Source: Mobula hypostoma (lineage: Eukaryota). From it: DNA of 64,000 nucleotides. Shown in pieces: positions 1-10,570 of the stretch. The position numbers and the translations under genes are program-made. Numbering within the stretch: position 1 is the stretch's first letter; every line of letters starts with the position of its first letter. Below the pieces are notes generated by a model. That model saw nothing but the letters and a program-made list of their open reading frames with translations. It was not told the DNA's origin and made no database searches. Location of the stretch: NCBI RefSeq assembly GCF_963921235.1, contig NC_086097.1:6634001-6698000 (forward strand). Direction: 5' to 3'.

Positions 1-660
<660 letters not shown>

Positions 661-670
661 ACATCATTTT

Positions 671-875
671 CTGACCTCAATCTGAAGAAAATTTGTGGGC
701 AGAACGGAAAAAGCATGTGTGAGCAAGGAAACCTACAAACCTGACTCAGTTACATCAGTTCTGTCTGGAGGAATGGAACAAAATTCCAGCAACTTACTGT
801 GAGAAGCTTGTGGAAGGCTACTCAAAACGTTTGACCCAAGTTAAACAATTTAAAGACAATGCTACCAAATACTAA
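671..875 (+). pseudogene. Tc1 transposase C-terminus
   Basis: Degenerate PDLN..ENLWAE motif, then ARKPTNLTQLHQFCLEEWNKIPATYCEKLVEGYSKRLTQVKQFKDNATKY*. Confidence 0.9.
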
Positions 876-880
876 CAAAG

Positions 881-1103
881 TGTATGTAAACTTTTGACCC
901 ACTGGAAAAGTGATGAAAGAAATAAAAGCTGAAATAAATCATTCTCTCTACTATTATTCTGACATTTCACATTCTTAAAATAAAGTAGTGATCCTAACTG
1001 ACCTAAAACAGGGAATGTTTTCCAGGATTAAATGTCAGGAATTGTGAAAAACTGAGTTTAAATGTATTTGGCTAAGGTGTATGTAAACTTCTGACTTCAA
1101 CTA
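881..1103 (+). repeat. Right IR/DR terminal repeat with inner and outer transposase-binding direct repeats
   Basis: TGTATGTAAACTTTTGACCCACTG at 881 and TGTATGTAAACTTCTGACTTCAACT at about 1078-1102. Confidence 0.9.
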
Positions 1104-3173
1104 TATATTGATACATCAGTCCAGAAGACTGGCATTTCAGGGGTGTCGGGCTGTCTGGAAAATACTGGTGTGGTGACACAGCTCATCAGGGAGGCTAGAG
1201 AGAACAAAGGCAACCTGTCAGTGTTGTGGCTTGACCTGGCAAATGCATATGGCTCCATTCCGCACACGCTGGTGCAGCTCACACTGACCAAACATCACAT
1301 CCCCAGCAGAATCAGAGACCTTATCACTGATTATTACAGCAACTTCAGGATGAGGGTCTCTTTAGGAGCAAATACATCAACCTAGCTCAAGTTGGAAATT
1401 GGCATCATCACAGGGTGCACTATCTCAGTGACACTGTTCTCCTTAGCCATGAACACGCTCACTAAGTCTGCTGAACCAGAGTGCAGAGGGCCCAGAATGA
1501 ATTCTGCTCAACGGAAACCACCTATCAGGGCATTCATGGATGACCTCACAGTCACCACAGAATCAGTCCCGGGCTGCAGGAGGATTCTGCAAGGGCTTGA
1601 AAAGCTGGTGGAGTGGGCCCGGATGTGTTTCAAACCAGCCAAATCAAGATCGATGGTGCAGAGGAAAGGGAAGGTGGAGAACAAGTTCTGGTTCAGCATC
1701 ACAGGCACAGCCATCCCAACCATCACAGAAAAGCCAGTCAAGAGCTTAGACAAAGTTTTTGACAGCTCTTTAAGGGACATGACATCTATTCAGGCGATCT
1801 GCATCAAGTTGGATGGCTGGCTGAAATCTGTGGACAAGTCTGGCCTACCTGGGAAGTTTAAAGCCTGGGTGTGTCAGCATGGCATTCTTCCCAGAATCCT
1901 GTGGCCCCTCCTCGTCTATGCAGTTCCAATCTCGACAGTTGAAACCTTAGAGAGGAGGGTTAGCAACCACCTCAGGAGATGGCTGGGGCTGCCAAAGAGC
2001 CTGAGCAGCATCGCACTCTATGGACACCACAACAAACTGCAACTGCCCTTCAAATCCTTGCAGGAAGAATTCAAGGTAACAAGAGCCAGAGAAGTGCTAC
2101 AGTATAGGGACTCAAGTGATCCGAAGGTGGCTAGAACAGGGATCCAAGTGAGGACTGGCAGGAAGTGGAGGGCAGAGGAAGCTGTTCAGGAAGCAGAGGC
2201 AAGGCTGCGTCACAGGAGGCTGGTGGGAGTGGTCATACGAGGCCGAGCTGGGCTAGGATCCTTTCCAACTCCCCAAATGGACACCAGAGGGAAGGAAAGG
2301 TGTCGTCTAGTTCAGGAAGGGGTGAGAGCAGTAGTGGAGGAGATGAGAACCTGCAAGGCGGTGGGAATGAAGCAACAGGGAACTTGGACAAGATGGGAGA
2401 ATATGGTTGAGAGGAAAGTGACCTGGGCTGAACTTTGGAAAGCCAAACCACACTGCATCCAATTTCTCAACCAGGCAGTGTACGATGTGCTTCCAAGCCC
2501 ATCAAATCAGTCATCTGCGTGCCCACTGTGCTCCAAGCGAGGAACCCTGGAGCACATCCTCAGCGGCTGTGCAAGGGCACTTGGTGAGGGACGGTACAGG
2601 TGGAGGCATGATCAGGTCCTGAAGACCATCGCTGAAGCCGTCAGTGCAGGAGTTGAGTGGGCGAAGCGGTCCCGACCCTCCAAGCAGATCATTGCCTTTG
2701 TCAGAGCTGGGGAGCAGCCAATACCTGCCAAAAGGACATCTGCAGGCATTCTGACCTCTGAAAGGGACTGGCAGCTGTTGGTGGACCTCGAAGGGCAGCT
2801 GAAGTTCCCCAGCCATATCACAGCCACCACCCTGCGACCAGACATTGTCCTAGTGTCTGAGTCTACTAAGCAAGTGGTGCTGCTGGAGCTGACAGTCCCA
2901 TGGGAAGATAGCTTGGAGGAGGCCTTTGAAAAGAAGCTCTCCAAGTACGCAGGACTGGTCAGCAACTGTCAGCAGGCTGGATGGAGAGCGAGGTGTCTCC
3001 CAGTGGAAGTTGGATGTAGGGGATTCATAGCCCATTCTTTAGTTAGAGCCTTCAGCATTTTGGGCATCGAGGGGGAGAGGAAGAGGAGAGCCATCCACGG
3101 TACCACCAATGCGGCAGAGAAGGCCTCAAGATGGCTGTGGCTCAAAGGAGGGGAGCCATGGAGTCATAAGTAG
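1104..3173 (+). pseudogene. RT / restriction-like endonuclease polyprotein with one in-frame stop (1383-1385)
   Basis: YIDTSVQK, WLDLANAYGSIPH, GIITGCTIS, AFMDD, CPLC..LEHILSGC, RHD, RPD, ELTVPWE, KLSKY; ORFs 1143 and 1392 share one frame. Confidence 0.9.
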
Positions 3174-3315
3174 CTAGCCATCTGGACACAAACTGGGGTC
3201 TGATCAGCCCCGGCTGGGTCACCTGGAGGAGGGTGTATGATGTTGAAAGACCCGAAACACCTAAAGATTCCAGGAACATCACTGAAGATGTGTCCAGAGG
3301 AATCAGTAGATGTAT
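1104..3315 (+). mobile_element. HERO-like (R2/NeSL superfamily) non-LTR retrotransposon, 3' portion with 3' UTR
   Basis: RT plus CCHC knuckle plus restriction-like endonuclease ORF; 3' UTR homologous to the copy at 6590-6827. Confidence 0.88.
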
Positions 3316-3319
3316 GTAG

Positions 3320-3835
3320 ACAGTGTATTGCACTGTCCTGCTACCAGACAAAAAAAAAACAAATTTCATGACATATCTGAGTGATGACAAACCTGATTTT
3401 TGATACGGGTCTCTATTGCAGACTGAGGGTGGGAAGGAGGCAGGGAGAGGGGAGGGAGCAGGAAGCACCAGAGAGGCATTCTGCAATGATCAATAAACCA
3501 ATTGCTTGGAATCAAATGACTTTGCCTGGTGTCTCATGACTGGGTGTATCTGCACACACACTACCCCCGCCCCACCCTGACACTCCTTCTCTGCCATCTG
3601 TCCTCCACTAGCACTATTCCCAACATTCTTTGTTTTTGTCAGATTTACAAACTCGCACTCCACTTCACGTTGACAAATACAGTACAATGCAAATGTCTTA
3701 GGCATCCTAGCTATATATATGTGTGTCTGAGTCTTTAGCACAGTAATTGTATATGTATTTGTTCTGGAGGAACATTATTTTGTTTGGCAGGATCGATGTA
3801 TACAGTGAATGACAATAAACTTGAGCTTGATCTTG
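3320..3835 (+). repeat. Composite interspersed repeat (LINE-tail-like segments plus mini-MITE); inverted copy at about 25370-25875
   Basis: AATGATCAATAAACCAATTGCTTGGAATCAAATGAC block recurs as its reverse complement at about 25615-25655. Confidence 0.7.
3680..3749. mobile_element. About 70-bp palindromic Tc1-type MITE
   Basis: TA-CAGTACAATGCAAATGTCTTAGGCA...TGTCTGAGTCTTTAGCACAGTAATTG-TA; imperfect TIRs, TA on both flanks. Confidence 0.65.
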
Positions 3836-4459
3836 ATACAGCAGCTGTTGTGTGTTTTCCTTGATACAGCAACATTGGAAGCGTCTCCAGCTTCCCACAT
3901 TGCACAGGAAGATCGCTCTACAGGTCCAAACTCACCTGTTCTGAATTACTCTTAATTTAAGCTGCCTAGTTACTCACCTTCGTTCTTCTCTTCTTAAGCC
4001 GATTTCTCCCATTGGCCATCGGCAGAGTCCTCTGTCCTGTGTCAGTCTATCGAATTGTCCCTAGGCATCGCCCATCTTCTAGATCCTAGGGATGAGGTTC
4101 TTGGAGCTTCTATAACACTGGGTTTTTACTGCATGGGGCTGGCAGCTCTGCCCCTTTCTCCTTTCATAGCCGGGCTTTGGACCATTCTTAACTAAAGAAC
4201 ACTAATCCTGGAACTTCCCACTTACGCTGCTATGTTGCCTACCTTCATGGCATTTAGGAACCTCCCGCAGAGGATTATTAAGAAGGCAGCTTACTGTGAT
4301 TTCTTCAAGGATAATGGAGATTGAGTATAAATGCATGGCTTTGCCCACCTGTAGGCCAGTTTGCCTCATTCCGCATGGCATATTGGCTGCCAGATTTACA
4401 GCGTTGTTTTAATTTCAACAGTGAGCTCAATGGGGTGTTCTGTACACAGACTAGCTCAA

Positions 4460-4980
4460 GACTGGATGTAAATGTCTCTGAAGACCTATCGTGGGCCCAA
4501 CATATTGATGCAATTATAGTGAAGACATGCTAATGGTTATATTTCATTAGGAGTTTGGGGAGACTTGATATGTCACCAAAAGCTCTTGCAAATTTCTAGA
4601 GGTATACCATGGAGAGCATTCTAACTGGTTGCATCACTGTCTGGTTTCGAGGGGCCAGTACACAGGATCGTAAACAGCTGCAGAAAATGAGAATCTCAGC
4701 CTGCTCCATCAGGAGCATAAGGCTCCTGGCATTGAGGATGTCTTCAAAATGTGATGCTTCGAAAAGGTTGCATCCATCAGTGAATACACGATCACTCCCT
4801 TTTCATTGATACCATCAAGGAGGAGGAATAGGAGCCTGAAGACACACATTCAGCATGTTGAAAACAGCCTCTTCCCCTCTGCCATGAGTATTCTGAATGT
4901 ACAATGAACCCATATACCTCACTACTACCTCACTATATTTTTCTTTCTTTTTGCAATACTTAATTACATTATGTGCAATA
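4460..4980 (+). mobile_element. Rex/Babar-type LINE 3' fragment (tail resumes at about 5745-5855)
   Basis: SEDLSWAQHID and ESILTGCITVW motifs. Confidence 0.75.
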
Positions 4981-4983
4981 TTT

Positions 4984-5742
4984 GACTTCCGGTCAAGATG
5001 GCGTACAACGTCCCTTCAGTTGACAGCTTCTGAATAGAACGTGAAACCATAAATTTCACTTCTCTTGTGTCCTTTACATTTGTTTTCCATCTTGAATGTA
5101 ACTCTGGAACTGTTGGAGCCTGTGGTTTGCAGTTCGGAGATCATTTGGGTGTTCCAGCACTCCGCTGTCTCTGAGAGGATTGCGGGAGGCAGAGGCAGGG
5201 TGCATGAACTTCACGGCGAGAAGACTGCAGGATGGGCTGTGAGCCAATGTTCGACTCCATTTCACTGATTAATGAAAAGAGGAGATAGAAACATCGTAGC
5301 AAATGCGGGAAGCGAGCTTCGGCTGCCTGGCTTTTGATCGCTGGTGGGATTGCTCTGCTGCAGAGAGGGGAGACTACCTTTTGATTGCTGGAGGGATCAC
5401 TTTGCTACCGGAGACGGAAAAGCCTGCCGCTGTACCCGGAGAATGTTTCGCACATTCTCTGCATTTTGAATATGGATTTGGACTATGGACTTCTTTTCAC
5501 TCATAATTTTTATTATATTCTGCATTTTTGCCTAATCTATCTTGTTTTTTTGTGTAGGGGGGAGGGGGATTTGGGAGTTGATGTGCTTGTTCTGTTTTGG
5601 TTCATTTTTTTGTGTGGAGAAGAGGGATTTGGGGGTTGAAGACCATGATAGCATTTTATTTGCTTTCTTGGTTTCGTAGCTATCTGGAGAAGAATTTCAG
5701 AGTTGTATACTTTGTTCATAAATGAACCTTTGAAACTTTGAA
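4984..5742 (+). mobile_element. Non-autonomous LINE-derived element
   Basis: Starts GACTTCCGGTCAAGATGGCG, has no coding capacity, ends in LINE-type tail ATAAATGAACCTTTGAAACTTTGAA. Confidence 0.6.
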
Positions 5743-6589
5743 GTATATATATCTCTATTGTAATTTTTTAAATTATGAATTGCACCATACTGCTGCCATA
5801 ACAAAACAAAGTTTGGGACGTACACCTGCGATATTAAACCTGAATTTGGTTCTGACTGCACCCCAGCAATGATACTTCCCTTGTAGGAAGCTAGTGGGCA
5901 TCAACTCATTGCAATGTTCTGCAGAAACTTTTAGGGACTGCGGACAGGTAGTGTAATTTTCTGTAGGTTCCGCTGAGCCAGTTAATTTGGAGTCTGCTAG
6001 AAAATGCCTGGGTCTAAATTTCAAATTATGTCACTGAGTAAATACATATATCTGAAGCTTTTTCTACTTTCAAAATCACTGATATGCTGTCCCTTCAAAT
6101 CTCTTGCTTATTATCTACATTTACTGAAATAGCAGGTTATGAAGAAACTATTCCATCTGCTCAATCTTGTTGCTCGATGATTGTAAATGGTCTGATGAGC
6201 AGAGGCTCTTGCTTGCTGTGGTGATTTCAGCAATCACAGTCCTACAGCTCTGAAGACTAATTAGAAACCCAAAGCGATGGAAGGCAATAATCGATCAGCC
6301 CTTAAATCAACAGCATATGAGAAATTCATCGCTCTTCACGGTCGCATTACAAATACAAAACGTCAAAATGGATAAAGTTTGAGTCATCGGTGATTGGATA
6401 GGCAATTCTGCTGAATAGCCTAACTGTGCAACAATCATACAAATTCACAAATCTTGTTCAAAGCTTTGCAATTTATGTTTTGCTAAGAAGGAAACAATCC
6501 CTACCAAATAACTTGTTTTTAGTCTGCTTCAAATTCTATAAGCACTATATTATTGAAAGATATTGGACTACACAATGCTGAAATGTGCT

Positions 6590-6827
6590 GGGATGCATCA
6601 CTAGTGATTTAACCCGGGGTCATCAGGTGTTTTGGGTCTTTCAACTTCAGACACTCTTGGCCAGGCAACCCAGCCTGTGTTGATCAAGCCCCGGTTTATG
6701 TGCCAGCAGCTTTGGTCCATGGGTCACACCTCTTGATCCATAGCCCAGCTCACCATAGCTTGCTCAGCAGCCTCTGTAATGACACTTCTCTTTGAAGCCC
6801 CCATAATGCCAAGGAAAGAGTAGGTTC
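6590..6827 (-). mobile_element. HERO-like 3' end fragment
   Basis: Reverse complement encodes YSFLGIMGASKRSVITEAAEQA..LWIKRCDPW and a UTR similar to 3180-3300. Confidence 0.75.
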
Positions 6828-7574
6828 TATATTATTGAATGATATAAGACTAACTATGGAGTATTACCATAATTCAGAAATAAACTTCAAATGCCTTTGC
6901 CCAAACAGAAGTACGGTAATACTGAAAGACACCTGTGTCATTATTTAATAGTAGATTCTACATCTGACAAGCTGCCAGAGAGTTAAAAATCATTGCTCTG
7001 GGGCACTGGGAGCCCCACAAAAAATCATACTGCGTTCTGCATAAATCTGGTTTTACCTTAAATATATCCAATGATTTGGCCTCCACAGCCGCCTGCAGTG
7101 ACAAAATTCCACAGATTCACCACTCTCGGGCTAAATAAATACACAATTGACGTTTCAGGCCAGGAACCTTCTTCAAGACTGTTTTAACAATGTGTGCATC
7201 TGCTTATGCACGTATGTATTTGTAAAAGGACCATTAAAACACAAAGGAAGGGAAATCCAGCTACCAGCATATTTTCAAGTTGCCATTCGCCTAATTTTAG
7301 AACGCTGACTGCTTGTCAGAGGTGGTAAAGTCCAGCCTCATGAATTAACCCTTTCTATCATCCACTGGTTAGCTGCCTTCCCTTTGATTACAGAATTGGG
7401 GGCTCATTGTTGAATTCTGGTCTGACTCTGTGGTTTTAATAGAGAATGCTTTCGAGGCAATGACAGGAGCCCAACCCATGATCAGAGGTATGTACTGTAT
7501 TTCAGAAATTTCATTTCATTTTGTTAATTTATTTGTGGTAATATTACTTTATGTGTTGTGTGTAAGTATATCAG

Positions 7575-8140
7575 AGTTCAACATTCAAAGTAAATTTATT
7601 ATCAAACTACATATACTTCACCATATAAAACCCTGAGATTCATTTCTTGTGGGCATTCACAGTAACACAATAGAATCAGTGAAAAACTGCACATGACAAG
7701 ATAAACAAATAACCAATGTGCAAAAAACAACAAACTGTGTACAAAAAGAACAGAAAAAGTAATAGTAAATAAACAGGAAATAAAAATTGAGAATAGAGTC
7801 CTTAAAAGTGAGTCCATTGGTTGTGTGATTGGTTCTGTGTTGCATTTGGATAGGTTATCCCGTCTGGTTCAAGAGCCTGGTGGATGAAAGGTAATAACTG
7901 TTCCTGAACTTGCTGTTGTGAGCCCCAAGGCTCCTATACCTTCTTCTTGATGGCAGCAGTGAGAAGAGATCAGGGCCTGAATGGTAGGGGACCTTGATGA
8001 TGGAGGCTGCTTTCCTGTGACATTGCTCTGTGTAGATGTGCTCAGTGACAGAGAGGACTTTATCCATGATGGACTGCTCCATATCCATTACCTTATTTTT
8101 TTTTCTGTTCAAGGGCATTGGTGTTCTTCTATCAGGCCAT
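7575..8140 (-). mobile_element. Rex/Babar-type LINE 3' fragment
   Basis: KAASIIKVPYHSGPDLFSLLPSRRRYRSL plus tail. Confidence 0.75.
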
Positions 8141-8149
8141 GATACCAGC

Positions 8150-9522
8150 CCTCCCTGGTCACTTTACACTTATCACTGTGTGGCTAAGCACAGCTCAAGT
8201 GCCACATTTAAGTTTGCTGCTGACACTGTTGTGGTGACAAATCAGCATATAGGAGTGAGCTTGAAAACCTGGCTGAGTGGTGCCTCTTATTCAATATCAG
8301 CAACACCAAGGAGTTGATCAATGACTTCAGCAGGTGGAAAAGAGTGGTCCATGAACCAGTCCTTGTGAGAGGATCAGAGGTGGAGGGGGCCTGCAACTTT
8401 AAACTCCTTGTTGATATTATTTTGGAGGATCTGTCCCAGGTCCAGCATGAAAGTACAATTACAAAGAAAGGACAGCAGTACCTTGACTTCCTTAGGAGTT
8501 TGCAAATATTCAGCATGATATCTAAAACTTGGACTTACTTCTATAAATGTGTGGTGGAGAGTATATTGAGTGGCTGCAGCACAGCCTGGTATAGAAACAC
8601 TAATACCCTTGATTGGAAAACCCTACAAAATGTAGTGGATTTGGTCTGATCCATCATCAAGGTCCCTCCCCATCTAGGTCGTGCTCTTTTCTCTTTGCTG
8701 CCATCGGGAAGAAGCTACAGGAGCCTCAGGACTCACACCCACTAGGTTCAGGAATAGTTTATACCCATCAACCATTAGGCTCTTGAACCAAAGGAGATAG
8801 CTTCATTCAACTTCACCTCATCATTGAAATATTCTCTGATACAATGGTTCTCTCAGGTGACGTTACGTCTTCATTCGGAGAAAATCAGAAGTTGAACTTT
8901 TGATCCTCGATTTGAATTTGAGAAAAGGTGGGGTTCTTTTGCCCGCTACTATCATTTGATTTGAGTTAATTAAGATGGTCCCCTTCTGATTCTTGTTTAA
9001 ATGGATTTGAGTTGGTGGATCGATGTTTTTCTTTTATGGAAGCTTGTATGGTGTATAGCTCCAAGGCTGTGTGCCCAATGGGTTTTTTTTTTCCGTTTTT
9101 TTTTCTGTTAGTACGTTTTTATTTATTTTAGTTAGTAGGGGTTCTTTTTTCCTTCTTTCTTTTTTCCAAAAAAAAAGTTTTAACATTTTATTTTTTCTTA
9201 TTATTATTGATATATTGTTTAGCTTTGTTAATCAGTTATTTGATAATTTAAAGCTTATTGTACATATTGACATGTTGACTTCATTACTATAATGTATATT
9301 TTTGTTGATTTTCAATAATAATTAATAAAAAAGATTTAAAAATGAAAATGAAAATCAAATATTCTCAGAACCTATGAACTCACTTTCAAGGACTCTTCAC
9401 CTCATATTCTTGATATTTATTCCTTTATTATTTATTATTATTATTTCTTTTTTTATTTTCACATTTTTTAAAATTTTGTCTTTTGCACACTGGTCAAACA
9501 CCCAATTTGGTTATTATTCTAT
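8150..9522 (+). mobile_element. Rex/Babar-type LINE, interrupted by an L1 fragment and the Gypsy provirus (tail resumes at about 13898-14000)
   Basis: FKFAADT, YKCVVESILSGCSTAWY; 3' UTR continues across both insertions. Confidence 0.75.
8837..9356 (+). mobile_element. L1/Tx1-clade 3' fragment
   Basis: QWFSQV..LHSEKI..FEKRWGSF ORF2 end, T-rich UTR, AATAAA, GAAAAT-repeat tail; 10-bp TSD AAATATTCTC at 8827-8836 and 9357-9366. Confidence 0.78.
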
Positions 9523-9808
9523 TGTGGCGACCCACTTTCTGGCACACACGAACCGGCTCACAACAGCGCGCGCAGGCAGAGGGCTGGCCCCAAAAAGGAC
9601 GCCAGGCCATCTTCACCAGCAGGGGGAAAATCCCGCGCGCGGAAAGGGTCTGGGAATATGCATTCCCCACAGCAAGCCCACCCCAGGGAGGGCGGGAACG
9701 GGAAGGCTTTAAAGCAGGCCGCGAAGTTTGAATAAATCTCTTTCATCGCAACTCTAACTCACCGACTCCGTGTGGTTATTCTAGCGCTGTGTGTAGCACA
9801 CTGCTACA
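9523..9808 (+). repeat. 5' LTR (286 bp)
   Basis: TGTGGCGACCC...GCTACA; contains TTTAAA and AATAAA. Confidence 0.95.
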
Positions 9809-9810
9809 AT

Positions 9811-9823
9811 TGGAGACCCCGAC
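9811..9823 (+). promoter_or_regulatory. Primer-binding site, tRNA-Trp type
   Basis: TGGAGACCCCGAC, one mismatch to the tRNA-Trp PBS TGGTGACCCCGAC, 2 nt after the LTR. Confidence 0.8.
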
Positions 9824-9830
9824 AGCCCAA

Positions 9831-10552
9831 ATGATATTTGGACCAGAGGTGACCGATGCTGCATCTGTTCACGCAGTTTCTTTAAAACTGCCAAGCTTCT
9901 GGACGCTGCTACCCCATTTATGGTTCGAACAAGCAGAAGCACAATTCCACATTCGGCAGGTAACCTCGGAGTCCACTCGCTACTACTACGTGCTGAGCTC
10001 TCTCGACCAGGAGACAGCTGCACAAGTTGAGGAGTTTATACAGTTGCCCCCGGAGGACGGCAAATACACAGCATTCAAAGCCCTGCTCATAAGGACTTTC
10101 GGACTCTCACGGCGTGAACGAGCACGCCGCTTACTGCACCTGGATGGTTTGGAAGACAGGCCGCCGTCAGCATTAATGAACGAGGTGCTGGCCCTGACTG
10201 AAGGACACAAACCCTGCTTCATGTTTGAGCAGGCGTTCCTAGAGCAACTGCCCAAGGACATATGCCTGCTGCTGTCCGACGCAGATTTCAGCAACCCCCG
10301 GGAGGTGGCAGCGCGGGCAGACGCGCTGTGGAATGCCAGGAAAGAGAGAGGGGTGCCCGTCGCACAGATCACCAAGCCGCGTGCCCAACGACAGACCAGA
10401 CCAGGCCCGGCAGCAGAGCCTAAAATTCCGGCGACGGAAGTGAGGAGCCCAACGAACAATGGTGTTTCTACCACCAGCGGTGGGGCACAGAGGCTGGCCG
10501 CTGCAGACCACCCTGCAAATTCCCGGGAAACGCCAGGGCCAGCCGCCACTGA
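9831..10552 (+). pseudogene. gag: Gag with one frameshifting indel near 10420-10440
   Basis: AVSLKLPSFW..WFEQAEAQF N-terminus; the shifted frame gives the CHCC knuckle WCFYHQRWGTEAGRCRPPC and TGA at 10550-10552. Confidence 0.85.
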
Positions 10553-10570
10553 TGGCTACGGTGGCTGGCC
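10525..10570 (+). promoter_or_regulatory. -1 programmed ribosomal frameshift signal
   Basis: G_GGA_AAC heptamer (10525-10531) in the gag frame, 5-nt spacer, 11-bp stem 10537-10547/10560-10570; pol is in the -1 frame. Confidence 0.8.

Noticed and set aside
3232..3261. Hammerhead ribozyme in the HERO 3' UTR (TGATG...GAAAC)
   Set aside because: It lacks the full CUGANGA core, stem II and a correctly placed cleavage triplet; kept only as a possible pseudoknot.
7855..8650. Second twin-priming inversion (head-to-head Rex fragments)
   Set aside because: Both pieces carry their own 3' ends and cover the same region, so two independent insertions are more likely.
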